64,000 bases of DNA from an uncultured Clostridia bacterium (GTDB lineage: Bacteria; Bacillota; Clostridia; TANB77; CAG-508), in the NCBI GenBank assembly GCA_944388045.1, contig CALXHG010000007.1, positions 23,440-87,439 of the forward strand, given 5' to 3'. A program made the position numbers and the translations under genes. This document shows, piece after piece, positions 38,625-49,299 of the stretch. Below the pieces are notes generated by a model. It saw nothing but the letters and a program-made list of their open reading frames with translations. It did not search any database and was not told the DNA's origin. Each line of letters begins with the position of its first letter. Position 1 is the first letter of the stretch.

Positions 38625-38968
38625 GGGGTCGGTCCTTTTTTGTGCTGGGGTCGGTCCCTTTTGTTGCTGGGGTCGGTCCTAAATTAAACCAATATATAAA
38701 GTGTTTTTTATACCTTGTGTGTCGCAACCTACAAAAGAATTTCTATAAGTAGGTTGCTCCAAATCGCATTCGCTACGCTCATTTGGTCGCTTACGCGGTA
38801 TTGCAAAACACTTTATATATTGGTTTAATTTAGGACCGACCCCAATAGAAAAAGGGACCGACCCCAGACGAAAAAAGGACCGACCCCAGCAGACACACAG
38901 CAAAAAAAACCGACCACAATAGAAAAAGGACCGCTTCACAACAAAATGAAAAAAAGAGAACCGGTACA
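38625..38968. repeat. Family A composite repeat, copy A4 (with core)
   Basis: Three forward GGGGTCGGTCC units. Core at 38680-38832 has a perfect outer stem AAACCAATATATAAAGTGTTTT / AAAACACTTTATATATTGGTTT and the hairpin GCAACCTAC/GTAGGTTGC. Reverse units follow, then the terminal AAAAAGAGAACCGGTACA. Confidence 0.85.
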
Positions 38969-39075
38969 AAATTGTCTGATTAATAAAAAATTAAGAAAAA
39001 AATAAGTTTCAAAATTTGACAAAATATCAAAAAATAAGTATACTATATTTGTAATAAAAATAAAAGAGGATAAAT

Positions 39076-39915
39076 ATGATAAATATATTATTATGTGGAA
39101 ACAAAAAAGTATTTGATGGAGCCCTAACGGAGCTAATTTCAATAACAAATAAAACAAAAGAAACAATTAATTGTTATATATTAACAATGGATTTATCTAG
39201 ACTTAAACCTGAATATGTATGTATTACAGATGAGCAAATTGATTTTTTAAATAAAGTAGTACGAAGTAAAAATTCAGAAAATAAAGTAACAAAAATAGAT
39301 GTTACAGATTTATATGAAGAAGAATTTATGAAATGCAAAAACGAAAGTGCATATTGCACACCATATACTTTATTAAGATTGCTTATAGATAAAATACCAA
39401 ATATTCCAGACAAAATATTATATTTAGATATAGACATGATGTTTAACAAAGATATATCTGAATTATATAATATTGATATTGAAGAATATGAATATGCAGC
39501 AGTAAGAGAAAAATATGGAAAATGGTTTATAAGACCAGATTATATTAATGCTGGAATGTTATTAATTAATATGAAAATTGTAAGAAAAACAAAATTATTT
39601 GAAAAAGCAAGAGATTTAATCAGAAGAAAAAAAATGTTATTTGCAGACCAAGATGCAGTATTTAGGTCTACAACAAAGAAAAAATTATTGCCTAACAAAT
39701 TTAATGAACAATCAAAGTTCAATAAAAAAGATACTGTACTATGTCACTTCTGTAAGAGGCTATTATGGACACCATATCCACATACAGAAAATTTTAAACA
39801 ATGGAATGTAGAAGAAGTACACAAAGTACTAAAATGCTATGCATTTGATAAAGATTTAGAAGAATATTTAAATTTAAAAAAAGAATTTGAAAGTTATATA
39901 AGAGAGGAAGTTTGA
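39076..39915 (+). CDS. glycosyltransferase family 8 protein
   Basis: LYLDIDMMF (DxD), NAGMLLINM and FADQDAV motifs. Confidence 0.8.
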   Translation: MINILLCGNKKVFDGALTELISITNKTKETINCYILTMDLSRLKPEYVCITDEQIDFLNKVVRSKNSENKVTKIDVTDLYEEEFMKCKNESAYCTPYTLLRLLIDKIPNIPDKILYLDIDMMFNKDISELYNIDIEEYEYAAVREKYGKWFIRPDYINAGMLLINMKIVRKTKLFEKARDLIRRKKMLFADQDAVFRSTTKKKLLPNKFNEQSKFNKKDTVLCHFCKRLLWTPYPHTENFKQWNVEEVHKVLKCYAFDKDLEEYLNLKKEFESYIREEV

Positions 39916-41721
39916 ATGGAAAATAATATTATACCGATTTTTTTTGCAATAGATGATGGCTATACACCATTTTTAGCAGTAGCTTTGCACTCGTTAATAG
40001 ATAATGCAAGTAAAGAATACAATTATTGCATAAAAGTTTTACATACAAATGTTACAGAAGAACATATGAAGCAAATTAAAACATATGAAAATGAATATGT
40101 AAATATCGAATTTGTAGATTTAAATTATTATATAGAAAAAGTAAAAGATAAATTATATACAAGAGATTATTATACAAATACAACATATTTTAGATTATTT
40201 TTACCAGAACTATATCCACAATATAATAAAGCATTATATTTAGATAGCGACATAGTTGTATTAGGAGATATTTCAGAATTATTTAATACAGATATGGGAA
40301 CAAACTTAATTGCAGCAGCACCAGATGATATAATTCAATGTAATAAAGTATTTCAAGATTATGCAGAATTAGTTGTAGGAGTAGATTCCTATAAAAACTA
40401 TTTTAATGCAGGTGTTTTACTAATGAATTTAGACCAACTAAGAAAATTTAAATTCCAGGAGAAGTTTATTCATTTATTAACAACTGTAAAATACTCTGTT
40501 GCACAAGACCAAGACTATTTAAATAGATTATGCAAAGGTAGAGTAACACTAATTGACCATAAATGGGATTGTATGCCATTAGTAAATAATGAAACAAAAA
40601 GAGAAGACATAAAATTAGTCCATTATAATTTTGCATACAAACCATGGCATTTTGAAGATGTATTATATAAAGAATTTTTCTGGAAATATGCAGAAAAAAC
40701 ACAATATTATGAACAAATTTTAAAAATAAAAAATGAATATACAGAAGAACAAAAATTTAAAGACAGAGAAGCTGAGCAACAATTAAGATTACTTGCAGAA
40801 AAAGAAAACTCATGTGTTGGTGATGATAGAAGAAAATTATCAATAGATGAAAATAATAAAAAGATTGAAAAATCAAAAGACAGATTAGAAGTTTTAGAAA
40901 AAATAAAACAATTAGAAAAAGAAGGAAAATTTGATTTAGATGTAGAAAATGATCCACCAAATGTTGTACTAACTCCAGATAATGTAGATTATTTAAACAC
41001 AAAAAGACTAAATAGATGGAAAACAGCATTTGCCAATAAAGTTGGAGAAAAATTTCTTGATGAAATTATAAAAAATAATAAATTAATTATAAAAGAAGTT
41101 AATGGAATAGAAAATCTTGCAAATATTGAAAATGGTGCAGTAATAACATGTAACCACTTTAATCCATTTGATTCATTTGCAGTAGAAAAAGTATTTAAAG
41201 ATTGTGGACTTTATAAAGAAAAAAAATTATATAAAGTTATAAGAGAAGGTAATTATACTAATTTCTCTGGATTTTATGGATTTTTATTTAGAAATGCAGA
41301 TACATTGCCATTAAGTTCAAACAGAAGAACAATGGTTGAATTTATAAAAGCAGTAGATGTAATCTTACAAAGAGGAGATTGTATACTAATTTACCCAGAA
41401 CAAAGTATGTGGTGGAATTATACAAAACCAAAGCCATTAAAAATTGGAGCATATAAATTTGCCAAAAGAAATAATGTACCAATTATTCCAATATTTATAA
41501 CAATGAGAGACAGTGAAATAATAGGAGAAGATGGTTTTCCAGTACAAGAGTATTATATTAATATAGAAAAGCCAATATATCCTAATAAAAAATTATCAGA
41601 AAGAGAAGATGCAGAAATAATGAGACAAAAGAATTTTGATACATGGAAAAAAGTATATGAAGACTTTTATAAAATTCCATTAGAATATACAACTGTAAAG
41701 AGAGAAGTTATAAATAATTAG
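39916..41721 (+). CDS. fusion protein: N-terminal GT8 glycosyltransferase plus C-terminal PlsC-like acyltransferase
   Basis: GT8 motifs IFFAIDDGY, LYLDSDIVV, NAGVLLMNL and AQDQDYLN. A charged linker follows. Acyltransferase motifs CNHFNPFD (HX4D) and IYPEQS. Confidence 0.75.
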   Translation: MENNIIPIFFAIDDGYTPFLAVALHSLIDNASKEYNYCIKVLHTNVTEEHMKQIKTYENEYVNIEFVDLNYYIEKVKDKLYTRDYYTNTTYFRLFLPELYPQYNKALYLDSDIVVLGDISELFNTDMGTNLIAAAPDDIIQCNKVFQDYAELVVGVDSYKNYFNAGVLLMNLDQLRKFKFQEKFIHLLTTVKYSVAQDQDYLNRLCKGRVTLIDHKWDCMPLVNNETKREDIKLVHYNFAYKPWHFEDVLYKEFFWKYAEKTQYYEQILKIKNEYTEEQKFKDREAEQQLRLLAEKENSCVGDDRRKLSIDENNKKIEKSKDRLEVLEKIKQLEKEGKFDLDVENDPPNVVLTPDNVDYLNTKRLNRWKTAFANKVGEKFLDEIIKNNKLIIKEVNGIENLANIENGAVITCNHFNPFDSFAVEKVFKDCGLYKEKKLYKVIREGNYTNFSGFYGFLFRNADTLPLSSNRRTMVEFIKAVDVILQRGDCILIYPEQSMWWNYTKPKPLKIGAYKFAKRNNVPIIPIFITMRDSEIIGEDGFPVQEYYINIEKPIYPNKKLSEREDAEIMRQKNFDTWKKVYEDFYKIPLEYTTVKREVINN

Positions 41722-41849
41722 GAATTATAATTGCTACCACTTTGAGATTTTCTCCTTTCAGTCAAAAATACAAATAGAAACATGGATAATTTAAAGATTT
41801 ATTTGTTAATGTTAACAAATAAGTAAAGATTAGAAGGGAAATATACAAA

Positions 41850-42629
41850 ATGGAGAAACAGACTTATTATTATTCTGATGAATTAAATGACGAATTTTCT
41901 AAAGCAAAGATTGAACCAAGAATAATTGATGAAAATTACAAATTTTTGCATAAAAATATATTATGGAACTTAGCACATTTTTTAGTACAAAATGTGCTAA
42001 GTGTGCCTTTAAAATATTTATATGCAAAAATAAAATTTAGAGTAAAATATATAGGAAAAGAAAAATTAAAGAAATATAAAAAACAAGGATATTTTGTATA
42101 TGCAAATCACACTCAAGCTTTTGCAGACACATTTTTAACATCAAATGCAATATATCCAAAAAGAAATTATTTAATTGTAAATCCAGAGAATGTTTCGATG
42201 AAATTTTTAGGAAACTTTGTTCAAATGTTTGGAGCAATACCAATTCCTAACAATAAAAATGGAATGAAAAATTTTTTAGATTCAATAAAATATCATATTT
42301 CAAAAGGACAATCTATTACGATATATCCAGAAGCTCATATTTGGCCTTATTATACAAAAATTAGACCTTTTAGAAATGTTTCTTTTAGATATCCTATAGA
42401 ATTGGAAACTCCTGCTTTTTGCATAACCAACACATATCAGAAAAGGGGAAAAGATAAGGTAAGAATTACTTCATACATAGATGGACCTTTTTGGGCAGAT
42501 GAAAATTTAAATTCTATTAAAGATAAAAAGCAAGATTTAAGAGATAAAATATATAATCAAATGGTGGAAAGAAGCAAAAATAGTACATATGAATTTATTG
42601 AATATAAAAAGGTTAAAAATGAAAGTTAA
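41850..42629 (+). CDS. acyltransferase-like protein (PlsC/LPLAT superfamily, tentative)
   Basis: YANHTQAFAD (His..Asp block with atypical spacing) and IYPEAH. Similar in length to the acyltransferase part of the preceding fusion. Confidence 0.45.
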   Translation: MEKQTYYYSDELNDEFSKAKIEPRIIDENYKFLHKNILWNLAHFLVQNVLSVPLKYLYAKIKFRVKYIGKEKLKKYKKQGYFVYANHTQAFADTFLTSNAIYPKRNYLIVNPENVSMKFLGNFVQMFGAIPIPNNKNGMKNFLDSIKYHISKGQSITIYPEAHIWPYYTKIRPFRNVSFRYPIELETPAFCITNTYQKRGKDKVRITSYIDGPFWADENLNSIKDKKQDLRDKIYNQMVERSKNSTYEFIEYKKVKNES

Positions 42630-42680
42630 AATAAAGTCTCAAACTCAAAGAACAATAGCGGACTTTTACAATGAAAATAA

Positions 42681-42896
42681 TTTGCTGAAATTTTTTATAT
42701 ATTAATAATAAATAAATTTTGAATACGATTGGAGGAAATTTAGAATTTCTTAAATTAATTTTATGGAAAATGTTCGCGTCGAGCGTTAGCGAGGACTAAG
42801 TGAAAGGGTGCCATAAAATTATTTTAGAAATTCTTATATTTACGTATTGAGTCGAAAAATTTATGCAATTATTAATATATAAAAAATTTCAGCAAA
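42681..42896 (+). mobile_element. Family B palindromic MITE-like element, copy B2
   Basis: Arms TTTGCTGAAATTTTTT / AAAAAATTTCAGCAAA. Same inner repeats and core as B1. Ends 41 nt before the mutL ATG. Confidence 0.7.
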
Positions 42897-42937
42897 CTAT
42901 AGAAGTTTTGTCAGTGGAAAGAAAGGAACTATTACAT

Positions 42938-44773
42938 ATGGGGAATATAGTTTTACTTGATGATTTAACAATTAACAAAATTGCGGCAGGAGAGGTAATA
43001 GAAAGACCTGTTAATGTTGTAAAAGAAGTTGTAGAAAATTCAATTGATGCAGGAGCAAACAAAATAGTTATAGAAATAAAAAAAGGTGGAAAACAATTAA
43101 TTAAAATAATTGATAATGGAAAAGGCATCCAAAGAGATGATATGGATATAGCTATAGAAAGACATGCAACATCTAAATTAAGAAAAATAGAAGATTTAGA
43201 AAAAATTTATACAATGGGCTTTAGAGGAGAAGCATTAGCAAGTATTGCATCAATTTCAAAATTAACTATTATTTCTAAAACAGCAAATGACGAGTTTGGA
43301 AATAAACTTGTAGCTGAAGCAGGAGATATTATAGAAAAAGAGGAATTTGGAACACAATTAGGAACAACAATAATAGTAGAAAATTTATTTTATAATGTAC
43401 CTGTTAGATATAAATTTTTAAAACAAGATGCAACAGAATTTAAGTATATTAAAGATTGGGTACAAAAAGAAGCATTTTCTAATCCATCTATATCATTTAA
43501 ATTAATAAATGATGGAAATACGGTGTTTCAAACTTCTGGAAATGGTAAAATAGAAGATATAGTTTATCAAATTTATGGTAAAGAGCTAAAAGAAAATTTA
43601 GTTAAAGTTAATTATGAAGAGGATAGCATAAAAATTACAGGTGTTGTTGGAAATACTAGAATTGCAAGAGATTCTAGAAAAGACCAAATAATTTTTCTAA
43701 ACAAAAGAAATATAAGAAATCAAATATTATCAAATAGTGCAGACCAAGCATTTAAAGGAAGTGTAGGAATTGGAAAATATGGATTTTTTATATTGAATTT
43801 AGAAATGCCTGCAAATTTTTATGATATAAATGTTCACCCAACTAAAATGGAAGTAAGATTTGAAGATGAAAATAAGATTTACAAAATTTTTTATCATGCA
43901 ATAAAAAGTGCTATTCTAAGCAAAGATTTTCTTGGAAATAATGAAAATGAACAAAACGAAAAATATATTACAAATGAATTTGATTTTTTGACAAATCATT
44001 TTATAGAAAATAAAGATTTTAATAGTAAATTAAATAATAATATATTTAATCAAAGTAATAAACAAGGAAAAGATGATAGTAGTTTACATATAAATAAAAA
44101 AGAGAATAATAATTATTTTTCTAAAATTGCTTATAATGCAAATAAAAGTATGAATGTTTTAGAAGATAATGATTTAATTTATAGAAAAACTCAAAGAGAG
44201 GTTAACTATAAATATATTGGAATTATTTTTAGAACATTTATAATAATAGAAATTGAAAATGAATTATATTTAATTGACCAACATGCAGCACATGAAAGGC
44301 TTTTGTATGAACAGATAAAAGATAATTACAAAAATCATATTAGTAGTAATAGTCAGATGATGTTAATTCCAGAAGTGTATAATTTAACACATAAAGAATT
44401 TGAATTTGTAAAACAAAATTTAGAAATGTTTAAAACTTATGGATTTGATTTAGAAATTTTCGGGGAAAATGCAGTAAAAGTAAATGGCATTCCAGATATT
44501 GAATATCGTTCTAAAAGTAAAAATATTTTTTTGGAAATTTTAGATGAAATGATTACAAATGAAAGGGTTTCTTTAAAAGATGTTGAGGAACGTTTTGTTG
44601 CAACAGTTGCTTGTAAGGCTGCAGTTAAAGCTAATATGGATTTAACTCAAGAAGAAGTTGATTATTTAATACAAAATTTATTAAAATTAAAAAATCCGTA
44701 TACATGTCCACATGGCAGACCTACTACTATTAAATTAAATGAAAAGGATTTAAAGAAGTTGACTATGTTTTAG
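42938..44773 (+). CDS. mutL: DNA mismatch repair protein MutL
   Basis: LDDLTINKIAAGEVIERPVNVVKEVVENSIDAG, GFRGEALASI, and C-terminal ...ACKAAVKAN...CPHGRP. The ORF-track start 42863 lies inside repeat B2, so ATG 42938 is preferred. Confidence 0.95.
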   Translation: MGNIVLLDDLTINKIAAGEVIERPVNVVKEVVENSIDAGANKIVIEIKKGGKQLIKIIDNGKGIQRDDMDIAIERHATSKLRKIEDLEKIYTMGFRGEALASIASISKLTIISKTANDEFGNKLVAEAGDIIEKEEFGTQLGTTIIVENLFYNVPVRYKFLKQDATEFKYIKDWVQKEAFSNPSISFKLINDGNTVFQTSGNGKIEDIVYQIYGKELKENLVKVNYEEDSIKITGVVGNTRIARDSRKDQIIFLNKRNIRNQILSNSADQAFKGSVGIGKYGFFILNLEMPANFYDINVHPTKMEVRFEDENKIYKIFYHAIKSAILSKDFLGNNENEQNEKYITNEFDFLTNHFIENKDFNSKLNNNIFNQSNKQGKDDSSLHINKKENNNYFSKIAYNANKSMNVLEDNDLIYRKTQREVNYKYIGIIFRTFIIIEIENELYLIDQHAAHERLLYEQIKDNYKNHISSNSQMMLIPEVYNLTHKEFEFVKQNLEMFKTYGFDLEIFGENAVKVNGIPDIEYRSKSKNIFLEILDEMITNERVSLKDVEERFVATVACKAAVKANMDLTQEEVDYLIQNLLKLKNPYTCPHGRPTTIKLNEKDLKKLTMF

Positions 44774-44826
44774 TAAAAATTTCTCACTAAACTGTAATGA
44801 AAAAATTTAGAATTTACTTAAAAAAG

Positions 44827-44855
44827 TTGACTTTTTATAATTTTGGGAATATAAT
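44827..44855 (+). promoter_or_regulatory. sigma-A-type promoter for the glyQS leader
   Basis: TTGACT (44827-44832), 17 nt, TATAAT (44850-44855). Confidence 0.5.
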
Positions 44856-44861
44856 ATGGAT

Positions 44862-45082
44862 AATTTAATAATTACGATGATAAAGAAAAATCGTGAAAAT
44901 ATATTTATAGAGAGTTAATGTTGGTGGAAATTTAACAGTATGTTTCATGAGGGGAGCTTTGGAGTAATAAATAAAATTAAGGTGCTTAAAATTTTGGGTT
45001 TTAAGAATTAGGGTGGAATCGCGGAAGAAACTTTCGTCCCTAGCTATATATAATATATATGGCTAGGAATGAAAGTTTCTTT
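44862..45082 (+). promoter_or_regulatory. T-box riboswitch leader (glycine, by context)
   Basis: AGAGAG stem-I motif. T-box sequence AATTAGGGTGGAATCGCGG (45006-45024). This overlaps the 5' arm of a ~20-bp terminator, AAGAAACTTTCGTCCCTAGC / GCTAGGAATGAAAGTTTCTT. Confidence 0.75.
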
Positions 45083-45087
45083 AATTT

Positions 45088-45309
45088 GGAAAATAATTAT
45101 AATTTTGGCGTTGTTGTACTGCAAAAGAAAATCCTCAGCGTACAAATTGTACGCTTCCGGTGTTTCTTTTTTGTACGCCTAGCCAAAATTTAATTCTTTT
45201 CCAAATTTAGGAGCTGTAATTAAATAATTATAATTTTGGCATTGATGTACCGCAGTTGTAATTAAATAGTTATAATTTTGGTGTTGCTATACTGCAAAAG
45301 AAAATCCTA
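45088..45309. repeat. Family D repeats (long imperfect hairpin plus partial direct copies)
   Basis: AATTATAATTTTGG(C/T)(G/A)TTG.TGTAC.GCA occurs three times and ..CTGCAAAAGAAAATCCT.. twice. Central perfect palindrome AGCGTACAA-A-TTGTACGCT. Confidence 0.6.
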
Positions 45310-45316
45310 ACAAAAA

Positions 45317-45390
45317 GGGACCGACCCTGGTAGGCAAAATGGCACTGGACAGAAAAGGGACCGACCCCAATAAAAAAAAGGACCGACCCC
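45317..45390. repeat. Family A repeat units, copy A5
   Basis: Three (G)GGACCGACCC(C/T) units directly upstream of the glyQS RBS. Confidence 0.7.
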
Positions 45391-45427
45391 AATAAAATCC
45401 AATGAATAAACGAAAGGAGTATTTTTT

Positions 45428-46810
45428 ATGGTAAAATCAATGGAAACAATTGTTAATTTATGTAAGGCTAGAGGATATATTTATCCTGGCTCAGAAATAT
45501 ATGGTGGTCTTGCAAATACATGGGATTATGGACCACTAGGTGTAGAATTAAAAAATAATATAAAATCATTATGGAGAAAAAAATTTATTCAGGAAAATCC
45601 AAATAATGTCGGGTTAGATGCTGCAATTTTAATGAATCCATCTGTATGGGTGGCATCAGGACATGTTGGTGGATTTTCTGATCCGCTTATTGATTGTAAA
45701 GAATGTAAAACAAGACATAGAGCAGATAAATTAATAGAAGAATGGGCACATGAAAAGGGTAGAGATATGATTGCTGATGGTATGTCTGATACAGAAATGA
45801 TAAAATTTATTGATGAAAATAATATTTGTTGTCCAAATTGTGGCAAACATAATTTTACATCTATAAGAAAATTTAATTTAATGTTTAAAACATTCCAAGG
45901 TGTAACAGAAGATGCTAAAGCAGAAATTTATTTAAGACCAGAAACTGCACAAGGAATATTTGTAAACTTTAAAAATGTTATGAGAACAACTAGAAAAAAA
46001 TTACCAATGGGAATTGCCCAAATAGGAAAAGCATTTAGAAATGAAATAACACCAGGAAACTTTACTTTTAGAACAAGAGAATTTGAACAAATGGAATTAG
46101 AATTTTTCTGCAAACCAGGAACAGATTTAGAATGGTTTAAATATTGGAAAGATTTTTGCGAAAATTGGTTAATTTCTCTTGGAATGAAAAAAGAAAATAT
46201 TCGTTTAAGAGACCATAGCAAAGAAGAGTTAGTATTTTATAGTAAAGCAACTACAGATATTGAATTTGCATTTCCATTTGGATGGGGTGAATTATGGGGA
46301 ATTGCAGATAGAACAGATTATGATTTATCAAATCATATGAGAGTATCTAATGAAGATTTAACATATTTAGACCCAGAAACAAATGAAAAATATGTACCTT
46401 ATTGTATAGAACCATCTTTAGGAGCAGATAGAGTTGCACTTGCATTTTTATGTAATGCTTATGATGAAGAAGAAATTGCAGAAGGAGACACAAGAGTTGT
46501 ATTACATTTACATCCAGCTTTAGCACCATATAAAGTAGCAGTATTACCATTATCAAAAAAATTATCAGAAAAAGCACAAGAAGTTTATGGAAAATTATCA
46601 AAAAAATTCATGTGTGAATATGATGAAACAGGTTCTATAGGAAAACGTTATAGAAGGGAAGATGAAATAGGAACACCATATTGTGTAACAATAGATTTTG
46701 ATACATTAAATGATGATACAGTAACAATTAGAGATAGAGATACAATGGAACAAATTAGGGTAAAAATAGATGAACTAGAAAGCTGGATTTCAGAAAAAAT
46801 TGAATTTTAA
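45428..46810 (+). CDS. glyQS: glycine--tRNA ligase (alpha2 GlyQS type)
   Basis: [44 protein letters not shown] and [25 protein letters not shown] (class II motifs). Confidence 0.95.
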   Translation: MVKSMETIVNLCKARGYIYPGSEIYGGLANTWDYGPLGVELKNNIKSLWRKKFIQENPNNVGLDAAILMNPSVWVASGHVGGFSDPLIDCKECKTRHRADKLIEEWAHEKGRDMIADGMSDTEMIKFIDENNICCPNCGKHNFTSIRKFNLMFKTFQGVTEDAKAEIYLRPETAQGIFVNFKNVMRTTRKKLPMGIAQIGKAFRNEITPGNFTFRTREFEQMELEFFCKPGTDLEWFKYWKDFCENWLISLGMKKENIRLRDHSKEELVFYSKATTDIEFAFPFGWGELWGIADRTDYDLSNHMRVSNEDLTYLDPETNEKYVPYCIEPSLGADRVALAFLCNAYDEEEIAEGDTRVVLHLHPALAPYKVAVLPLSKKLSEKAQEVYGKLSKKFMCEYDETGSIGKRYRREDEIGTPYCVTIDFDTLNDDTVTIRDRDTMEQIRVKIDELESWISEKIEF

Positions 46811-46842
46811 AAGTTTCGCTAACAAATGAAAGGATGAAATAA

Positions 46843-47562
46843 ATGGAAAATAAAAAGAAAATTATTGGTATGATATTAATTATAATATTAATTATAGCAT
46901 TAATAGCAGTAACAATTTTATATAACAATTTTAGTGAGACACAATTGAATTTATTAACTGAGGAATCTAATAAATTAATACAACAAGATTTAATTAATGA
47001 AGAAATTGATGAAGAAATAAAAACTCAAAAAGATTATGCTGTTGTAGAAAAAACAATCAAAGAATATTTAAGTAATATTAAAAATATATATTTAGAAATG
47101 GAAAATTTAAACTCTAAAATAAATGCAGACGAAATATTTTCTGCTTCAAATGTACAAGACCATAAATTTAATAATGTTGATCCATTAATAGAAGAAATTA
47201 GAGAAAAAAGTAAAGAATATTTAGAACAATGCAAAACTTTAATAGGAGAAGAGAAAATTAAAGAGGCAATAAATTCTGTTCAATTTTCTACACCAATACC
47301 TAACAGAAGAGAATATTATATTAATCTATATAATACAGTAATGCTTTCAGATACAATGAAAAGCCAATTAACCAAAATAGAAGAAAGTGTAGAACAGAGT
47401 AAAGATAATTTGTATGATAAATTTTCTGTTTTAAGTAAAATAAAAACTCATTTAGAAGAAAATGCTAGATACTGGGATGTTAAAGATGATAAAATTGTTT
47501 TTACAAATGCAAATATTATGGTTGAATATTATGATTTAATTAATGAATTAAATTCAAAATAA
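46843..47562 (+). CDS. membrane-anchored hypothetical protein
   Basis: Single N-terminal TM (IIGMILIIILIIALIAVTIL), then a charged helical region. No recognisable domain. Confidence 0.4.
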   Translation: MENKKKIIGMILIIILIIALIAVTILYNNFSETQLNLLTEESNKLIQQDLINEEIDEEIKTQKDYAVVEKTIKEYLSNIKNIYLEMENLNSKINADEIFSASNVQDHKFNNVDPLIEEIREKSKEYLEQCKTLIGEEKIKEAINSVQFSTPIPNRREYYINLYNTVMLSDTMKSQLTKIEESVEQSKDNLYDKFSVLSKIKTHLEENARYWDVKDDKIVFTNANIMVEYYDLINELNSK

Positions 47563-47664
47563 AATGAATTCTTATATAATATGAATTATAAAAAGTTATG
47601 ACTGTAAGTAATTTGAAATTTTATACATATAATGTAATTTATTTAAGAAAGGAAATGATAATTT

Positions 47665-49029
47665 ATGAGAAAATATTTTGGAACAGATGGAATTCGTAGA
47701 ATTGCAAATACAGAATTATCACCTGAACTTGTATATAAAGTAGCAAAAGCAGGAGCATATGTATTGTCAAAACATACAGATAAGACTCCAACAATATTAA
47801 TAGGGAGAGATACTAGACTTTCTGGAACATTAATAGAAAGTGCAATGGTAGCAGGATTTTTAAGTTATGGTGCAAATGTAAAATTACTTGGTGTTATGCC
47901 AACTCCAGCAGTTGCATATTTAACTAGAAAATTACAAGCAGATGCAAGTGTAGTTATTTCTGCATCACATAATACATTTGAATTTAATGGAATAAAATAT
48001 TTTAGCAATAAGGGAATGAAAATTCCTGATGAATTAGAAGAAGAAATAGAAGAAACAATGGAATCTGGAAAGTTAGATGAATTAACTGCTGTAAAAGATA
48101 AAATAGGAGTTTCAGAAATTAGAACAGATTTATTAGATGAATACATATATTTCTTTAGAAAAAATTTTGATGACAATATTGAAAAATATAATAAGCCAGA
48201 TTTTAGAGTAGCTATAGATACTGCAAATGGTGCAACTTATAAAGCTGCAGAATTAATATTTAATTTACTTGGAATTAATTATGAAATAATAAATAATAAT
48301 CCAAATGGAATAAATATTAATGAAAATTGTGGTTCAACACATTTAGAAAGTCTAAAACAATATGTTGTAAAAAATAAAATGAGTTTAGGAATTGCATATG
48401 ATGGAGATGGAGATAGATGTTTAGCTGTTGATGAAAATGGGGAAGAAATTGATGGAGATAAAATTTTAGCAATTCTTTCTAAATATTTAAAAGAGAAAGG
48501 TAAACTTTCTAAAGATACTATTGTTGCAACAGTTATGAGCAATTTAGGATTAAACAAATATGCAGAGAAAAATGGATTAAATTTAATACAAACAAAAGTT
48601 GGAGACAGATATGTTTTAGAGGAAATGCTAAAAAGTGGATATAATTTAGGTGGAGAACAATCAGGTCATGTTATTTTACTAGATTACAATCCTACTGGAG
48701 ATGGAATATTAACATCATTAATGCTAATTCAAGCAATACTAGAGAGTGGCAAAAAGGCTTCAGAATTAGGAAATATTGTACAAAAATATCCACAGGTATT
48801 GATAAATGCAAAAGTTGATTCTAATAAAAAATATGATTATGAAAAAAATTCAGAAATTAAATCTGCAATAGAAAAATTGGAAAAAGAATTTTCTGGAAAT
48901 GGAAGAGTTCTAATTCGTCCAAGTGGAACAGAGCCATTAGTTAGAGTTATGATTGAGGGAAAAGATATAAAAATTATTGAAGAAAAAGCTAAAAAATTAG
49001 CAAAACTTATTGAAGAAAAGTGTAACTAG
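47665..49029 (+). CDS. glmM: phosphoglucosamine mutase
   Basis: YFGTDGIRR, active-site ISASHNTFEFNGIKYF, DGDGDR and GGEQSGH motifs. Confidence 0.95.
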   Translation: MRKYFGTDGIRRIANTELSPELVYKVAKAGAYVLSKHTDKTPTILIGRDTRLSGTLIESAMVAGFLSYGANVKLLGVMPTPAVAYLTRKLQADASVVISASHNTFEFNGIKYFSNKGMKIPDELEEEIEETMESGKLDELTAVKDKIGVSEIRTDLLDEYIYFFRKNFDDNIEKYNKPDFRVAIDTANGATYKAAELIFNLLGINYEIINNNPNGININENCGSTHLESLKQYVVKNKMSLGIAYDGDGDRCLAVDENGEEIDGDKILAILSKYLKEKGKLSKDTIVATVMSNLGLNKYAEKNGLNLIQTKVGDRYVLEEMLKSGYNLGGEQSGHVILLDYNPTGDGILTSLMLIQAILESGKKASELGNIVQKYPQVLINAKVDSNKKYDYEKNSEIKSAIEKLEKEFSGNGRVLIRPSGTEPLVRVMIEGKDIKIIEEKAKKLAKLIEEKCN

Positions 49030-49041
49030 CACTAAAAATAT

Positions 49042-49299
49042 TTACAATTCCCCACCAGATTTTGTCGTAAAGTAATTATATATTAATATTTTATAAATTT
49101 TTCAGTTCAATACAATATTTAAGAATTTGTAATATGATTTCTTGAGCCTCTTTCACTCAGACCCTCTCGTAAACTCGAGTACCGTGAACATCCCTCAATA
49201 AATCATATAACAAATTCTAAAATATTTCCAATCACATTCAAAATTTATTCAATATTAATATATAATTACTTTACGCCAAAATCTTGTGGGGAATTGTAA
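49042..49299 (-). mobile_element. Family B palindromic MITE-like element, copy B3 (second subfamily, opposite orientation)
   Basis: 35-nt arms TTACAATTCCCCACCAGATTTTGTCGTAAAGTAAT / ATTACTTTACGCCAAAATCTTGTGGGGAATTGTAA (2 mismatches). The core differs from B4 at one position. Confidence 0.7.
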
